This document shows, in pieces, positions 36,751 to 51,407 of a DNA stretch of 64,000 nucleotides. A model generated the notes under the pieces. That model was not told the DNA's origin, did no database searches, and saw nothing but the letters and a program-made list of their open reading frames with translations. Source of the stretch: Chrysomallon squamiferum (taxonomy: Eukaryota; Animalia; Mollusca); the NCBI GenBank assembly GCA_012295275.1, contig CM022679.1:11656001-11720000 (forward strand), in the 5' to 3' direction. A program made the translations under genes and the position numbers. Each line of letters opens with the position of its first letter. Within the stretch, counting starts at the first letter, position 1.

Positions 36751-39700
36751 AGAAAAAAACTGTTAACAATACAGCTGTCAACAACAGTCCCGCTCATCAT
36801 GAGGATATAATGGGATATTGTGTCTTAAAAATAAATTCTTTCTGTAATTGTCAATAACCTTGTTAAATAAAAGGAACTTTGCATTGATTTTTATGTTCAC
36901 CAAAAAATCCTTTACTTTGGAAAATAAGAATCAGGTTGTTACTAGGGGTTTAAAAACATTTAAGAGATGTAACCAGAGGAAGTATCAGTCAGTCTTCATG
37001 TGTTTATTATATGCACCTTTTTGTAAACAGGAAAGCAAAGCATTATAGCCTTTGATAAAGCATACATTTACAAGCAGGCAATGGGGGTGCACTGAAACAA
37101 ACTGATCCTGTAACTGATCATGCCTCAGTCATTGAGCAATAGCCCATTCACATGACAACTAACAGTTGTAGTAAACTACCATTTCTTAAATTACAAGATC
37201 CAATTACAGTCCTAAGGTTAATAAGCTCCTTACTCACAGTTAAACACCTTTTTTCTTAATTATCCTAATCCAGTTGAATTCTGATAAATTATCTACTTAC
37301 TGACAGCTGCAGAATTTTATTTCTTAAAGGCACAAAACTTGCTACAAATTCATAATAAGCCTACTAATATAATATTGTTTTTGTCCTAGTTGTTATTTAA
37401 ATAAATAAATAAATAAAAATTACACTGATGAAATACTTGGATTTCAAAACAAACAATCTGAATGGTTCACAATCATATCCTACTTATTATATTTTTGAAG
37501 CACGAGTAATTAACTTTATTAATCAATACCCACAAAATAAACTCACATACACTGAATAATTTGATAAAGTTTTGAAAGATACATAAAAGAAGTCTGAAAT
37601 CAATATCTTATTGTAACAAGTGGCAAATGTCTGGAACAAGGGCTGTTAAGCTAATACTAATATAATTATGATTTTTGTATGACTCATTACACAGCCATGG
37701 GCAAGTCGCCATTTTTTTGGGTTGTTCTTTTTAATGTTTTGTTGAAAATGGAATCCTTCCAGTAAATGATGAAGTCATGGCTGTATTCACACAACATCAA
37801 AACATAAAAAAATTATAAACAGATTGAGACAGATGGCTACCCAATGTTTAAGTAGAAATAAATGTTGTTTCTAAAGACAGACAAATTACAATTTAAACAC
37901 ACTTTGAAGTTGTAAGCACAATTACATTTATTTGCTTGGGCATTCAGGCCTGCTATGCTATTCTGTATGCACCATAGGTAATGTGTAGATATATGTATCA
38001 GAAAATAAAAATATAAATCTACCCACGAAGGCCACCCACAAACTCAACTGACTGATACAGTAATCTGGGATGATGAAAGTCACACTACACAATATAGTAA
38101 TCTTGATCTGGTTATATTACTAAAAACGAGATAAATACATATATTTAAAAAAAAAAACTAGCCTTTAAAATTGCATAATAATTTCAAATTGTTATTCACT
38201 GAGAGGAAAGACGTTAAAATATCTGACAATTAATGACATTTATACCAGCAGGTTGAAAGCAACAAGATGTCTTTTTATCTTTCTACAGGATTTGTGGGTG
38301 TTTTTTTATTAATAGAAATTCTGAGTTATTTTTTTATATTCATACAGTAATGGTAGGAATGGGAAAAACACTTAATGAGAGAATACCTAGCAGAATAGAT
38401 CTTCTGACCTGTCATACTTCATGTGAGTGTTTTATCACTAAGTAACAAACCCTTTCTGCTGCTTTTTTTGAACCTGCAGGTAATGAATTATTACCACAAA
38501 ATAATTCCTTTGATTAGAAGTCAAGATAGAGATGTCTATGTCAACATACTAGTAAACTTGTTACATAGCAAAAATAACATCTTCCAGCAAGTACAGACAA
38601 GCCTATGTTTTTGTACTGCTTACACCTCAAAGAAGGCATGGAGTTCTGGCACAATCTAATATACAGAGAAAAAGGTTTAATGAACAGGTGGATATTATAA
38701 GCAGGTTGAACAATTTGAATAATGATGCATCTGACAAGTTTTTAAGCTGGGCATTAAGTGCTATTTAAATTAGTTTCAGCTTTTCTGTGTATTTCAAGTG
38801 CTTTCAACTTTAACAGCATCATTCTGCCTATCCTTCTGTCACTATCAGAAAAGTTATCAATATATTACATACAATATCACTTTTCCTGCCAGTCTGTGAA
38901 AAGAAACATACTTACAAACCTTTCACCAACAACTTCAAGTTTACATACATTAATTCTATAAAGCAGAAATGACAAAATCTGTTTAAAATAATAAACATTG
39001 CATATTTTTATACATGTGTATTGTAGTATATAATATTTTTAAACAATAACAAGTATAATCACAAACACAAGTCTGTTGTGTTTTAGGATTTGGTTTGGGT
39101 ATGATTAAACGCAAACTGAAACTCATCAAATGTATTATATCATTATTATATCTAACACATTGTTAAGAAAATAAACAAATCAGTCCTGTAAATTATTGAA
39201 TATTTATTACTGTTTTGAAAAACACACGTCCTGACAATGAAAAATCTTTTAATAATATATTATTGGCTTGTAGCTATATTTTGATCATCTAAAGTTATAG
39301 TATTTGTGAATATAATGGGATATTTTTGAATTTCTAAATCATCATCAAGATGTCTTTCCAAACCTACTCTGCTTGTATCAAAATGAATGAATTCTGATGA
39401 AACAAAAGAGAATAACTGATGCAAATGTTCTTCTGATGAATATTTATCAGTGGCATAATGATGGTCATTATTATGAGATCTGACCATATACATTCATTTT
39501 AATAAGTATATAATATTATAGAACTGTGATTCTGAAGGTGTGAGTGGGTGTTTTATATACATGCTTAATGAATCTGAAGTACACACGTTTTGTCATAAAC
39601 ACCCACACCCTGTGTTTTGCTAAACTGGTCTTTTTACTACTGATACAGGTTCTAAACAATCCTGCTGAGCAATTATCCAAAACATCACAAGACCACCTCA

Positions 39701-42700
39701 GCTTTATGAGATAAATCCTGACATGACCCTGACATTTTTTTCTGTCACTGAACACCTATTCAGACAGACATTATTATAAGACATGCCTAACTCTCCTGCA
39801 GAGTTTGTACAGCTTTTATAAACATACTGTCTGTCATGTTAGATATAGGGAAAAAACATACAGCTGATAGCATTCAAACACAGATATTTTCTGTTCATTG
39901 ACAATTTTTCCAGATAATATCTTTTGCTGATATACAATGAAAAGGAAGAAAGATCGTGTTAGTATTTATTTTTAAAAAATGAAGGAGCTATGGAGTACAC
40001 TTTTCATAATATTATTAGAAAAAAAACAGACAACACTTCACCGTTAACATGTTGAAAAATAAAGGAAATTATTCCTGATTTTGATTTATAAAATAACTTA
40101 AACAGTTTTGTTTACTTTCTTAACATTCATAATTTATTAGTGAGACAGTTAACAAGAGGGTTGTGGCTGCAGTGGTATTTCAAATAACCAACACTAAGTA
40201 AATAGCCCATCACTGGATTTGAACTTGATAACTGTCAGCCTCTGTTTCACCATAGCCAGTGCAAGAATACACTGACTGACCTTGGTCTTACAAAACTGAC
40301 TTTTATTTAATAAACAATTGTTTTTTCCTCAACACCTTGTTACTGTTAGTATTCTATCTACTTAAAGTAAAACCAGAGTTGTGCACTGTACCAACTGTTT
40401 ACTAGAGAGAGGTAAGATGTGATGGTATCTGATAGAAGTTACTGGAGCATACATGACAAGTAAAGCAGACCTAACACCTTCATTATCAACTCACACTGAC
40501 TGCAGCAGCTTAATTTAGTCTGGCTGCAAAACATTAGAAGAAAGCTCAAGCCAGTGGCAACAGACATCTTATATTTGACATTTCTAACATGCCGAGGCTC
40601 TTCACTGTGAATTTGCTGCTTTATTCAGGGAGAAAAAAGAAGATTGTACTATAAAGTATTCAGCAATTGATGTATTTCAGACAAATTCTATAATCTTTAT
40701 CTATTGTGAATACTTCTTCAGTTTAACTTTTTTAGGTACTAAAAGTTTATTCCACAAACTACCTTTACAAATACCTTTAATCTGTACACAAGTTTATGGT
40801 ACAGCTTCTACAGTATAAACAAATAAGTGATTCCATATTGCATTCCTTCCTTTTAAAAGCAATTTATTTCAAATGCAGACTTGAATAGAAAGCATTTAGT
40901 TCAATGAGCAAAAAAATATAAAAAATAAATAAAAATAAAAATAAAAAATGCTAATAAATAAATTTAAAAAAAAAGAGAAGAAACAGAAAATATTTTCACT
41001 GTCATTGGAAACAGCTATGATTTATGAGGCATGTCAAATACTGTAACAGAATAATTCATACCACATATGATGTTACATGAATGAATGAATAACATGTAAA
41101 TGACAGCTGACTGCATTAGTATATGTTAGTTGATTAATAGATAAAAGGTGTCAAGGATATTAAATAAGGTAAAAGATAGTCCCCCCCCCTAAAAAAAGAG
41201 AAGAAAAACATAATTTCACTAATCTTTACTCTATTCTTTTCAGCAGCAAGGGCTGTTTTATCCAGTCTTTCCCACAGCAAAACATATATTGTGCTATTTA
41301 GTGTGAGTGACACTGCACAGCCTAGCACAGGCAATAACCAAGATGGATTAAATATTGTAAGACATTATTATTTTCCATTTTGTAACAGGTATCCTGCTTA
41401 CAGTGGTGACCTTTTTATTAGGAACATTTAAACCTACTACAATGAAATATTTAACAAAATCATTCAGGTTTGAAGTATTGTATTTGAAAGTTGTTGTGTA
41501 GGTGGTTACTAATTTTATGTTAACAAGCTGTGGGAAAAATAAAATGATGGTTGTGCAAATTGTATGCTTCAGTGAATTAATAAGTGGTTGCACCTAACAT
41601 AACCTTGATGTGAAAATGACCACAACAAAAGTGTATGATGATGATGATGACAAAAGATTTGCATTTTTGAAAGATGTACATTAACACAGATTTTAACAAG
41701 CAAGTATTAAAACCAAACCCTTCCACTTTCAAATAGTCAGAAATTGATCAGATATTTGTTTTTGTACAAGATCATTTGACACATTTTTAACATGAAAATT
41801 TCTTTGTATGAATTAGCTTTTGAAATGACAATTGAAAAGTTTTAATTACGTGTATGATTTAACTATAAAGAAATGTTAAAGAAAATGCAAACTAGTAAAA
41901 AATAAATAAATAAAAAATTCATTAAATAAATCAGTTTACTTGACAGATATGTTATATTTTATGGGTTACCCATAGCATATATTCTGCACTTGCTGTCAAC
42001 TGATCTATTACCTACATTATACGTAATCTATCAATTTCTAGCAAATTTATAACTTGGCAATAAAATATAGTACACACAAAACAATAATTAGCAGCATTAA
42101 TTTTTAATGGATTCAGAAATAATCTGCAAATATAATTTTTTTTTAAATAGTGATCTATAGTAGTGTTGATATCAAATGACATGATTTTATTAAGTATTTT
42201 ATTAATTTTTAATGCATTTTAATTTTGACAAAAATGGATCATTTACTTTAAAAACAATTTATTGTGCCATTCAGTTTTTTAATTTTTTTTCTTTCAAAAT
42301 TATTTTTAACCAACAGATGAAATCAATGATATTAATAAAAATGTTTTTATTTGCTTATTTTATATACTTTGAAACTATAAACAATCTGATAATGTATTTT
42401 TCTTTTCTTTTGTTAAATTCCCGAACTTTTTTAATATAATTTTTCTTTCATTTCATTCTGTAGTCTGCTTTTAAATTGATTTATGGAAGAATGACAAGAT
42501 ATGTGTGGCACACAGTGGCACACAAACACACAGACAGGCATACACAAGCACACATATATAGGATCAATAAATATTATTCATTTAAAACCATTCAGTGATT
42601 GTAAATACAAATGCCACTCAATTCTATCACAAAAAAAAAACAGTTTGACATTTATTATAGGATTAACAATGAATTAAAAATAATCAGAGATTGAAGTGAA

Positions 42701-44962
42701 TGGATATTTACTTCAAAAAGAAAAATGAATGAATGAATGTTTTTGAACAATACCCATATTCATTTTAATAGATCTATTTATATTATTAAGTATCAAAGAA
42801 GTATTTTTGTATAATGACGCAGTGAAAATAAAACTGTCTTATTTTGTTTAGCCATACAAGAAGGTACATCTACATAAACACATGAAAGCACATCCTTTGG
42901 TTCATCCTTTGAAATATTACAGAATACAACTTAAATGTCACATTAATAAGAGTTGATTATATAACCAATCACACTATAGGCCAGTATTTTTTAACCACTA
43001 GTTCTTTTCAAAAAGTTGTTTATATTTTAGACTTTAACACAGGTAAGCGACCTGAGCTAATCAGACAGCAAGTCTGTAGATTCTTTACAAGATTAAAAGG
43101 CTTATGGATCTTTCATCTCTAATATTCTACTAGACACTGAAAACACTGCATACAGTTTGGGATCAGAAAACAAGGTTATGCTAAATATTACAATCCTGTA
43201 AAAAAAACCACCCCAAAACTTGCAATATTCAAAAACATCCAAAAAATTACAGAAAAAAATCAAATAATATAATATTACAGGTTTTTTGTTCACCATTAAA
43301 ATTGACTGGAATCCATTCCAGTATATATACACATACATATAAAATTATTTTAATTCTTATCTGTGTTTAGATTACACACAATCTTAACTATTTTGACACC
43401 ATGATCAATACCATTCACACAAAGAAAATTATTCATAATTAAAACACCATCCCACACCAATTTATCATTAGTAATTAACAATTACTTTTTATTACTACTG
43501 TTATTATCATTAGCCTAGAAATATTTCTTATTATCTATAATTAATTTAATACTATTAGTTTTTAAATATTCTTTATTATCCATATTATCCACATAACACA
43601 TCATTATTTAAATTATAATTTAAGAATTAAAAATTATTACAATAATTATAATTAAGGGACATTCATTCATTAATATTTAATTAATTAAAACTTTTAAATA
43701 TGCTACATCTATGCTACAACAGAAATATCCCAGACAACAGACGTTAGTAAGAAATGCAGAAATATTCAATTGATTTATTTTTTTCCACTCAGATTTGATT
43801 AATCATTAAGTAAGACAGTTCCTAACAAAACCTTTCAAACAACAGCTTTCCTGCCAAGTTCACATAAATAATTCATTTTCACTCTTTCATAAATGGCTCG
43901 GAAAGAGGTAAAAACAGTAGAAAAAAAACCCAGTAATAATAAAGAGCTAATTTCTTCCACTAATATGTATGAAAAACACATTTATTGACATCAGTTTGTG
44001 TGTTGGTTAAATGGTTAGGAGTAAAGAACACAATTTTTTTTTTGATAATTCTGTTTTGCTGGTTACAATAATATTTTGTGGAGTCTAATTTGGAACTAGC
44101 CATGCAATACAAAGCATGAACAGTCTGACCAGGTAATTGCATTTGAAAATAATGAAAAGAAGATCCATGCATAGTGGGGCCAAACTCCTCCTGGCTCTGC
44201 ATTACAATTGAAGTACTACCAGTTTTAAAATTAATGTCTTAACTACTATTTCACTGAGGTTGATGCAAACTGACTCAGAGCAAAGCTGTTTTTATAGACC
44301 ACTTGGGTCAAGTTCTGCAAAGCTGGTTGTTGTAACAGTCGGTGTGGCCTTACATACATCAGATCAAAGAAAACAGTTCCCTGGTACGCCTGGCATTTGG
44401 AGAAAATTACCACAGCAGACACAACAGAAAGATAACCTAGTGGGTACAGAGAAGTAAGCAGACAGTTGTGTAAATAAATGTAATTATTAATGTTAACAGA
44501 TCTAGGTAACATCTGCAACAAATTTGCTTCTGTATGTGTGTGTGTGTTCCTTCCTAACTGCTGGTTTTCACTGGAATGAATATTTTATTTATATAACAAT
44601 AGCATTTCCAAAAGTCTATTGTGCAACATCATCATCACCAAAAAAGCTTACTGCATTCAAAAAATCATAATAAAAAAATAATTCTTTCACATAATATTAA
44701 TGTGTCAACTGAGTGTAAGTAATTATATTTTAATTTTCACAGCTCACTGTGTATGTGTTTTTGTATGCGACAGAAATTTTACTTATCTTTTCATGGACAC
44801 AGCACAAACATACCAGAGAACATTTTTTAATTTTTTTTTAAATCTTTTAACAGACTCAACTGCCTATATTTCAGATATTATTTATCTATTAATATATCAG
44901 ATAATAAATCCATGAATACATCAGATATTAAACATATTAACATATCAGAGGTTTTTACTCAC

Positions 44963-45072
44963 TTTCCACGTGAACTGAGGCATTTCGTTCCCCAACTGCA
45001 TTTGTTGCTCTGCATGTATAGACACCCTGATCTTTTATATCAGCCTTCTTAATTTCCAACCGGGAACCACGT
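44963..45072 (-). CDS. Neuregulin-like precursor, Ig domain second half
   Basis: ttttag|A acceptor (phase 2). Encodes RGSRLEIKKADIKDQGVYTCRATNAVGERNASVHVE with the I-set DxGxYxC motif. A|gtgagt donor (phase 1). Confidence 0.93.
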
Positions 45073-46529
45073 CTAAAAAAAAAAATATGTTTATCAACAT
45101 TTTATTAACTGCAGCTATATCTCAATATGGTATAAGTATATCAAAAGCATAAAGGCCTAAGGTAGCTTGTGTAAACACAAAGTTTTCTTTTCAAAATGCC
45201 TTACTTTGTTGCAAACAGAATAATAAAATTATGTGAAAAATTGTGTAATACTGCTTCATTATGTCAAGCTCTGTGCATATGATGTTAAATTAATAAATAG
45301 AATATGAAATAATACAAGTGTCAGTTCTACAAACCCTTTTAGCTCAGAAAGTTAAGATCTACAGGCTTGTTATTTCAATATCACAGTGCCAGTCAATCAG
45401 TTGAAATTAATTTATTATGGTTTTAAAAAAAGCTTCGCAATAATACATTTTAATTTTCCATAATTACTTTAATAAATGATAATTAATGATTACACAAACC
45501 CCAACAAAAAACTCCAGTAAATATTTTTATTTGACTGACTAAATTTATCAGATTTAAAAAGATTTTTCTAACAAATACAGCAGCATGTAGATACTTGTTT
45601 ATTAACAGTAAAGCATCTGTTCAACTGGGAAATAAATGTTATAAAAGTATGGTAAAGGACATTATTTTTATACATAAATCATGAAAATAGTTTTGGCACG
45701 GAACTAAGGCTCTGGACGTTAATCCACCATTTTGAAAGATTTATGGCATGTACTATAGGTAAATCCATTATCTTTTTTCTTTTTTCACACAGATGATGTT
45801 TTTAGTTTAAACATAAATCAAAACAGTTGTATTTAGCATTAAAATTTGTTTTTAAAATAATTGACAGCAAATAATTTAGAAATGATTGATTTACTGACAG
45901 CAAATACAGAATTTTAGAAATCTGTCATGATGTTTTAAGGATAAACAAATCTTTCCATAAAAAAACAGATTTCCCTATTCCAGCAGCTTATAAATGTCTG
46001 ATTTCAAGACAGATGTAATATATCAGAAATTAGTCATAATTATTTTTATGAACAGTAAAGAGAAAGATTTACTTGATAATAGTGTGTTTTTTCATTACGT
46101 TTTACCTGCTTCAAGATAAATATTAAATGTGTAATTTATGAGCCAGATTCTATGGGTTTTCCCCAGTGAGTCCTTTACATAGAATATATATTATATTGAT
46201 ATGTATAAATATATATTTTACCATTGCTAAAGATTTAAAGGTATATTATTTTTTAAATATATGCTTACATTTATAAGGACTGACATAGTGGAAATATATA
46301 AAATACTAATAATTCCAAGATATAAGAATGGTTGTGTATAGATCTATATATTAATATCCAGTTTATATTTACATACATGAATTTATATGCTTATTGTATA
46401 AAACTGCAAACTGTGTTTTATAAATAATATATGTACCATATTTTAAAACTGCTAAAAGTGCCGAAATATATTTAGTACATTATAAAAGACTATTTAAAAA
46501 AAAAAAAAATTAAACTGAATTTGCAACCT

Positions 46530-47050
46530 GTGATATCTTTGTGCTGTTTATTTCAGATATACTGTTGACAAATTGTAATTTTATCTGTATAATTTGTATT
46601 TACAAAGTGTGATATATATCTGTATGTTTTTTAATTACTAATCTTTCATTGGTTACAAAGTATCATTGTGTTTGTTTTTATATTTATCTGTGTACTGTAG
46701 AAATTACAAAATATGAAATTTACCTCAGTTTGTTGTATTTACAAATTAAAATATTTACAAATAGTGGTATTTATTTGTGTTACATTTACCAAAATGTGGT
46801 ATTTCACAGTGTTTTACATATCTATCTGTTTGTTGTATTTCCAGGCTATAATATCTGTGTTGTATTTATAAGATATCTATCTCATCTGTGTTGTATTTAT
46901 AAAAGAAGATATCTGTCTCAGGCTTTTTACAAACCATGATATCTATCTGTTTGTAGTATTTGGAAGCTGATATTTATCTCTGTGCTGTATTTATGAAACA
47001 CGTGTGTTGAGATTACCAACTGAGACTTGTATCTTAGGGTTATCTGTACA
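46530..47050. repeat. Degenerate ~30-35-bp minisatellite
   Basis: Recurring gatatctatctgtgttgtattt(a/c)-like units; boundaries approximate. Confidence 0.7.
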
Positions 47051-50000
47051 CAGAGGTGATTTCTAGAATGTAAGAAGTGATTTGTATGTTTACAAGTATT
47101 GACTGCTATCAGAATGTATTTACTAACTGCAAACACAAGCACTACCCCTGGGGTTGGTGATGGAGTTGCATGTCAGTACAACATCATGTCAAACAAGTCC
47201 CTATGGGTGCAGACAAACTCTCCATACTAGTGTTCTGAACATTTAGATGTTACCCAGTATTTTTCCATTCATTACTAACTGTCCATGCTACTTATAATGT
47301 TGTGCCAAAGAAAGTATCATCTGACATGTTCTTCCACACATTTCATTTCCCATGCTGATTTCCAGATGATGAGGAAATTATTAAATTTCTGTGCCCTGGG
47401 TCATTACATCAAAGTTCCATGGAGGTCTTTTAGTTTCATTCTTGCTTAATGGCTGGCATGATAAAGAGTACATGTAATATACCCTGTGTGTGTATCTGTC
47501 TAACTAAATACACGTTTATCTTTGCCAAAAAATAAATATTCTATTTCTTCCATTCCAGATATCAAATAATCTCATTTCAAAAGATGAAATAAAAAGCAAA
47601 AAATAAAAAATAAAAAATAAAAAAAATAAAAAAATAAAATAAAATCATTTAGATATGTATAAAACTATAAAATGTAATATACATTAATGATGTACATGTG
47701 TAATTTGATTTTTTGTAAACATTATTAGCGATGATTAGATTCAGTGAATTACTGTGAAAGTTAAAACTGCAGAATTATTATAACACTGTCACTTTTGTTT
47801 AATTTTCTTGTTTTTTTTTTGTTTTTTTTCCACATGTATAAATCAGAGTCAGCAAAATTACATGTCATTACATTCTGAAATAATTGTTTTAATATAAAAT
47901 CATTATTCATCAACTACACAAGCTTCACATTCTAACATGACATATTTACGTCATTTGGACAGACAAATACATCAACAGTTATCACCCAACTGTCATTTAT
48001 ATGTCATCAGTCGTTAACAGTATAGTGATAAATGAAGATCCTGCTCAGTAGCATAGTCATGGTAAAATGTGGTTTTGGGATCCTATAAAATACCAAAACT
48101 ATCAGTGTTGTTATAGCATAAACTGTCTAAATATTGTATCATATATTATTGTTATAATTAATCTCTGTATTTTCACTTTTGTGGTGATTAAAACTAATTT
48201 ATGATGGTCTGTTTCCCATTCCAGCCAATGTCCTGTGATATGCTTTCTTGTTTAAAAATATATACAATATAGTTCCTTCCAGCTAAATGACAAGATTAGC
48301 AAATGGAATGTCAGATTATGTGGCCTTTCATTTCATCATTACATAAGAAAATATAAATCCGATATTTCATATCAAAAGTTTTTATTTTATTTTTTTTATT
48401 AGATATTCGTTTGGTTTAATTAATAAGTAAATTTATATATTTCTTAACAAAACATTGTTAATGACATATAAGAAGACATAATGGTATTTTCATTTTCAGA
48501 AATTTTTAAATTTGTATAAAATTATGTAACTCAACCGATAATATCATATCTTTTTAAACAGTTTTTTTTTAATATTTATATTTTCTGTATTAGTACAGTA
48601 ACAAAATTATAAAAATAGCTCCAGACCCAAAATTTTTAATTTTTATTTAATGTCTGTTATTAATATCTGATGCATACAGATTTCAAGCTGTTATCCAAAA
48701 TCAGTGATTTATAATCTTTTTCTCTTTGATGATTATATCCTAACCGTTATGTACCCATATCAAATGAAAGCTTATCATGATATATGTAATATGTTTGAAA
48801 TAAACATGACATAACAGGATCTGGGGATAAAATGATTAGATGTTTACTTATTCCAAATACATTTATAAATTTAATAAAAAGACAGAAGAGAGCAGACACT
48901 TCAAATACTCTGATTACTGAAGATTATCATCATCATCATCATCATCATTATTATTATTATTATTTAAAAAAGCATTTTTATATCTTTTTCTGGACAGAGC
49001 TAAAGAAAAATGAATTCCCTTTTCAGGCAGTCCTGCTGAATTAAGAACTGGTACAATGAAACTTAACGAGACTGTTCTTTTCCACAAAAGCCTGCAGTAA
49101 AAAGTGGCCTGTAATAATTTAGACATTTGGGATTTGCACTGAAAGCATTAACTGTGTGCATCTGAATGCAGAAGTCTGACTTTTTTTTTTTAGTACCATT
49201 TGTATTTACATAAACAGTTTTTTTGTTTTTTTCCTGTATATATTATTTATATGAATATTACAGCAGCTTAGTTACATTAAAATCTTTATTTCTCATACAA
49301 CCACATACCAGAAAATATATTAGCTTAACTACATAATGTATTACGAAAATCCGTAACTTGCATTATCATTCATTTGACTCCAGTCTAAGTTAATAAGCTT
49401 ACTGGTTTAAATATATTCTTAAAGCCAAATGATTTTTTATTGCTCTGCACAGTTTAACACTTCATTATATAAGCTTGACAATAACAATCAATTATTTATT
49501 AATCTTACTTGCAGCGGGCTATTATATAATGCATATCACATAATGGGGTATTAAATTTATAACAAGTTTTTAAATCTCTTCTGAGAGCATAATGATTTTG
49601 TTATTGTATTACAGTAATCCTAAAACTCATTGCATTTATACAATACATAAGACCAAAAGAATTCTGATCATGAAATATTTTATAAAGAAAATTCAATTGA
49701 TATTAATTACTAAGACAGAAAGCAAAATTATTTTGTTGAGCATATTTGCTAGTCAAAACAGTGCAAACAAATATTATTCCATGATTCCGAAATCTTTTTG
49801 TTCTGTATACTTATCTTTTTGTAGTTAAGCTAATCACACTTTTTTTTTTAATCTGTAATTATTTTCCAATTTATATCAGTGCAAAACATATCTTAAATAT
49901 CTTTATATCTGGCATCACTGTAAAAACATCGAAAAAAAATTAACTTGTTTATTTGCATTATCAGGATTCTAAAATTTGATGGAAATTTGAAAATGGCAGT

Positions 50001-50539
50001 ATTATCTTAATTTAAAAAAAAAAAATTTTTTTAGCAAATACTGATATACTGTCTTAAAATAGCACAAAAAGGTTCTGACCTCGTTCATTGGATAAAAAGG
50101 AGTATTAATTTTTTTAAAGCAAAAATAAACTTGATCTTTAAACAGGGATTAAAGCTGCTTCCGAATTTATCATGTTATACTAATTGTGATAAAAGATCCT
50201 ATGAGTTGAAGGGCAGAAATAAACAAATTATTCTTATTCATTTTTTAATACTGTTTTCCACAGAGTTGAATTTACTGACTAATCAAAAACCCACTATTTA
50301 CACATGCCTGCTATTACTCTGACATAGTATATGCATTACAGAGTACATTTATTTAAAAAAATTCTAACAACAAGAAAGAAAAAAAAGAAACTCCATAAAC
50401 TGAACACTGATTTCTGACACTATTTAATAACTTACACCTTAAGTTAAAAGAAATTCTTTGTTTCAGGAACTCTGATCACATTGTAATATTAGTGGTTATT
50501 AGCTTTACTGTTTAAGTTTTTGTTGACAACAATAAGAGT

Positions 50540-50709
50540 TCAAGCTCATCATCAAGGAATCTTTCTGCAAGCCTTCCCTTAAACAGGAAAGCCTTTGATA
50601 CACATGCTGTATGACACTGAGTGGAAAATTAATAGTCGAATCAGTGGACCAAGAAGTATGGATGTACAAATCCACCATGCTTCTGATCAGTACTCTAACA
50701 ACTCAGCTA
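50540..50709 (-). mobile_element. Degraded tRNA-derived SINE-like copy
   Basis: Shares the core with 35221-35267. The minus-strand 5' end tagctgagttgttagagta (50709-50691) resembles a Pol III A-box. Confidence 0.5.
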
Positions 50710-51176
50710 ATGTTGCTACCATAACTGATTATAATGTATAACATTCACAACTTTTAATATTTTATTATTATTAATTATGTTTGCCTTTCCTACCTGTTTT
50801 CATTAATGATCAGAAAATAAATTTAAAAACACAGCCATTACTAAATCAGCAGCATTAAGCAGAAATCTTCCACAGTGAATCACTAGTTAATAAATTACTT
50901 AGGTCTGATCATAAACATCAATTGTAACAGTCTGTAGATAACAAGAAAGTATATATATTTTTCACTGATTAATAGGAAGCACAAACATCTTAATAAAACT
51001 GTAATCTAAAGTTAAAATCAGGATTCATGTTACAGCACATTAAATCTTTCATAATGCTGGAATCTGAATCAATTTAAAACATAAAACAAATTTTAAAAAA
51101 ACATACAAAAACCCCCACAAAAAAACAACAGTAAAATCAAGAAAAAAGAAGGAAATAGAGAAAAGTATAACCATAC

Positions 51177-51339
51177 CTTCCACTCTTAATCCGCAACCCT
51201 TTTCTTGCCATTATTAACATCCCATCTTTGTACCAGGAAAATACTGCAGTTGGTTTTGCTTTCACTGAGCAACGGATTTTTATTTTTTCACCCTTCTTCT
51301 TTTTCAGGTTGGCCATCTTCTTTATCACAGGTGCTTTTG
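51177..51339 (-). CDS. Neuregulin-like precursor, Ig domain first half
   Basis: ttttag|CA acceptor (phase 1). Encodes KAPVIKKMANLKKKKGEKIKIRCSVKAKPTAVFSWYKDGMLIMARKGLRIKSG. AG|gtatgg donor (phase 2). Contains the Ig Cys and WYKDG; very basic. Confidence 0.93.
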
Positions 51340-51364
51340 CTAAAAAAATAAAATAAAAAATATA

Positions 51365-51407
<43 letters not shown>

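Noticed and set aside
38916-38955. 40-nt AG..GT-bounded segment in the Ig-EGF intron
   Set aside because: Not frame-preserving and encodes no cysteines or recognisable motif.
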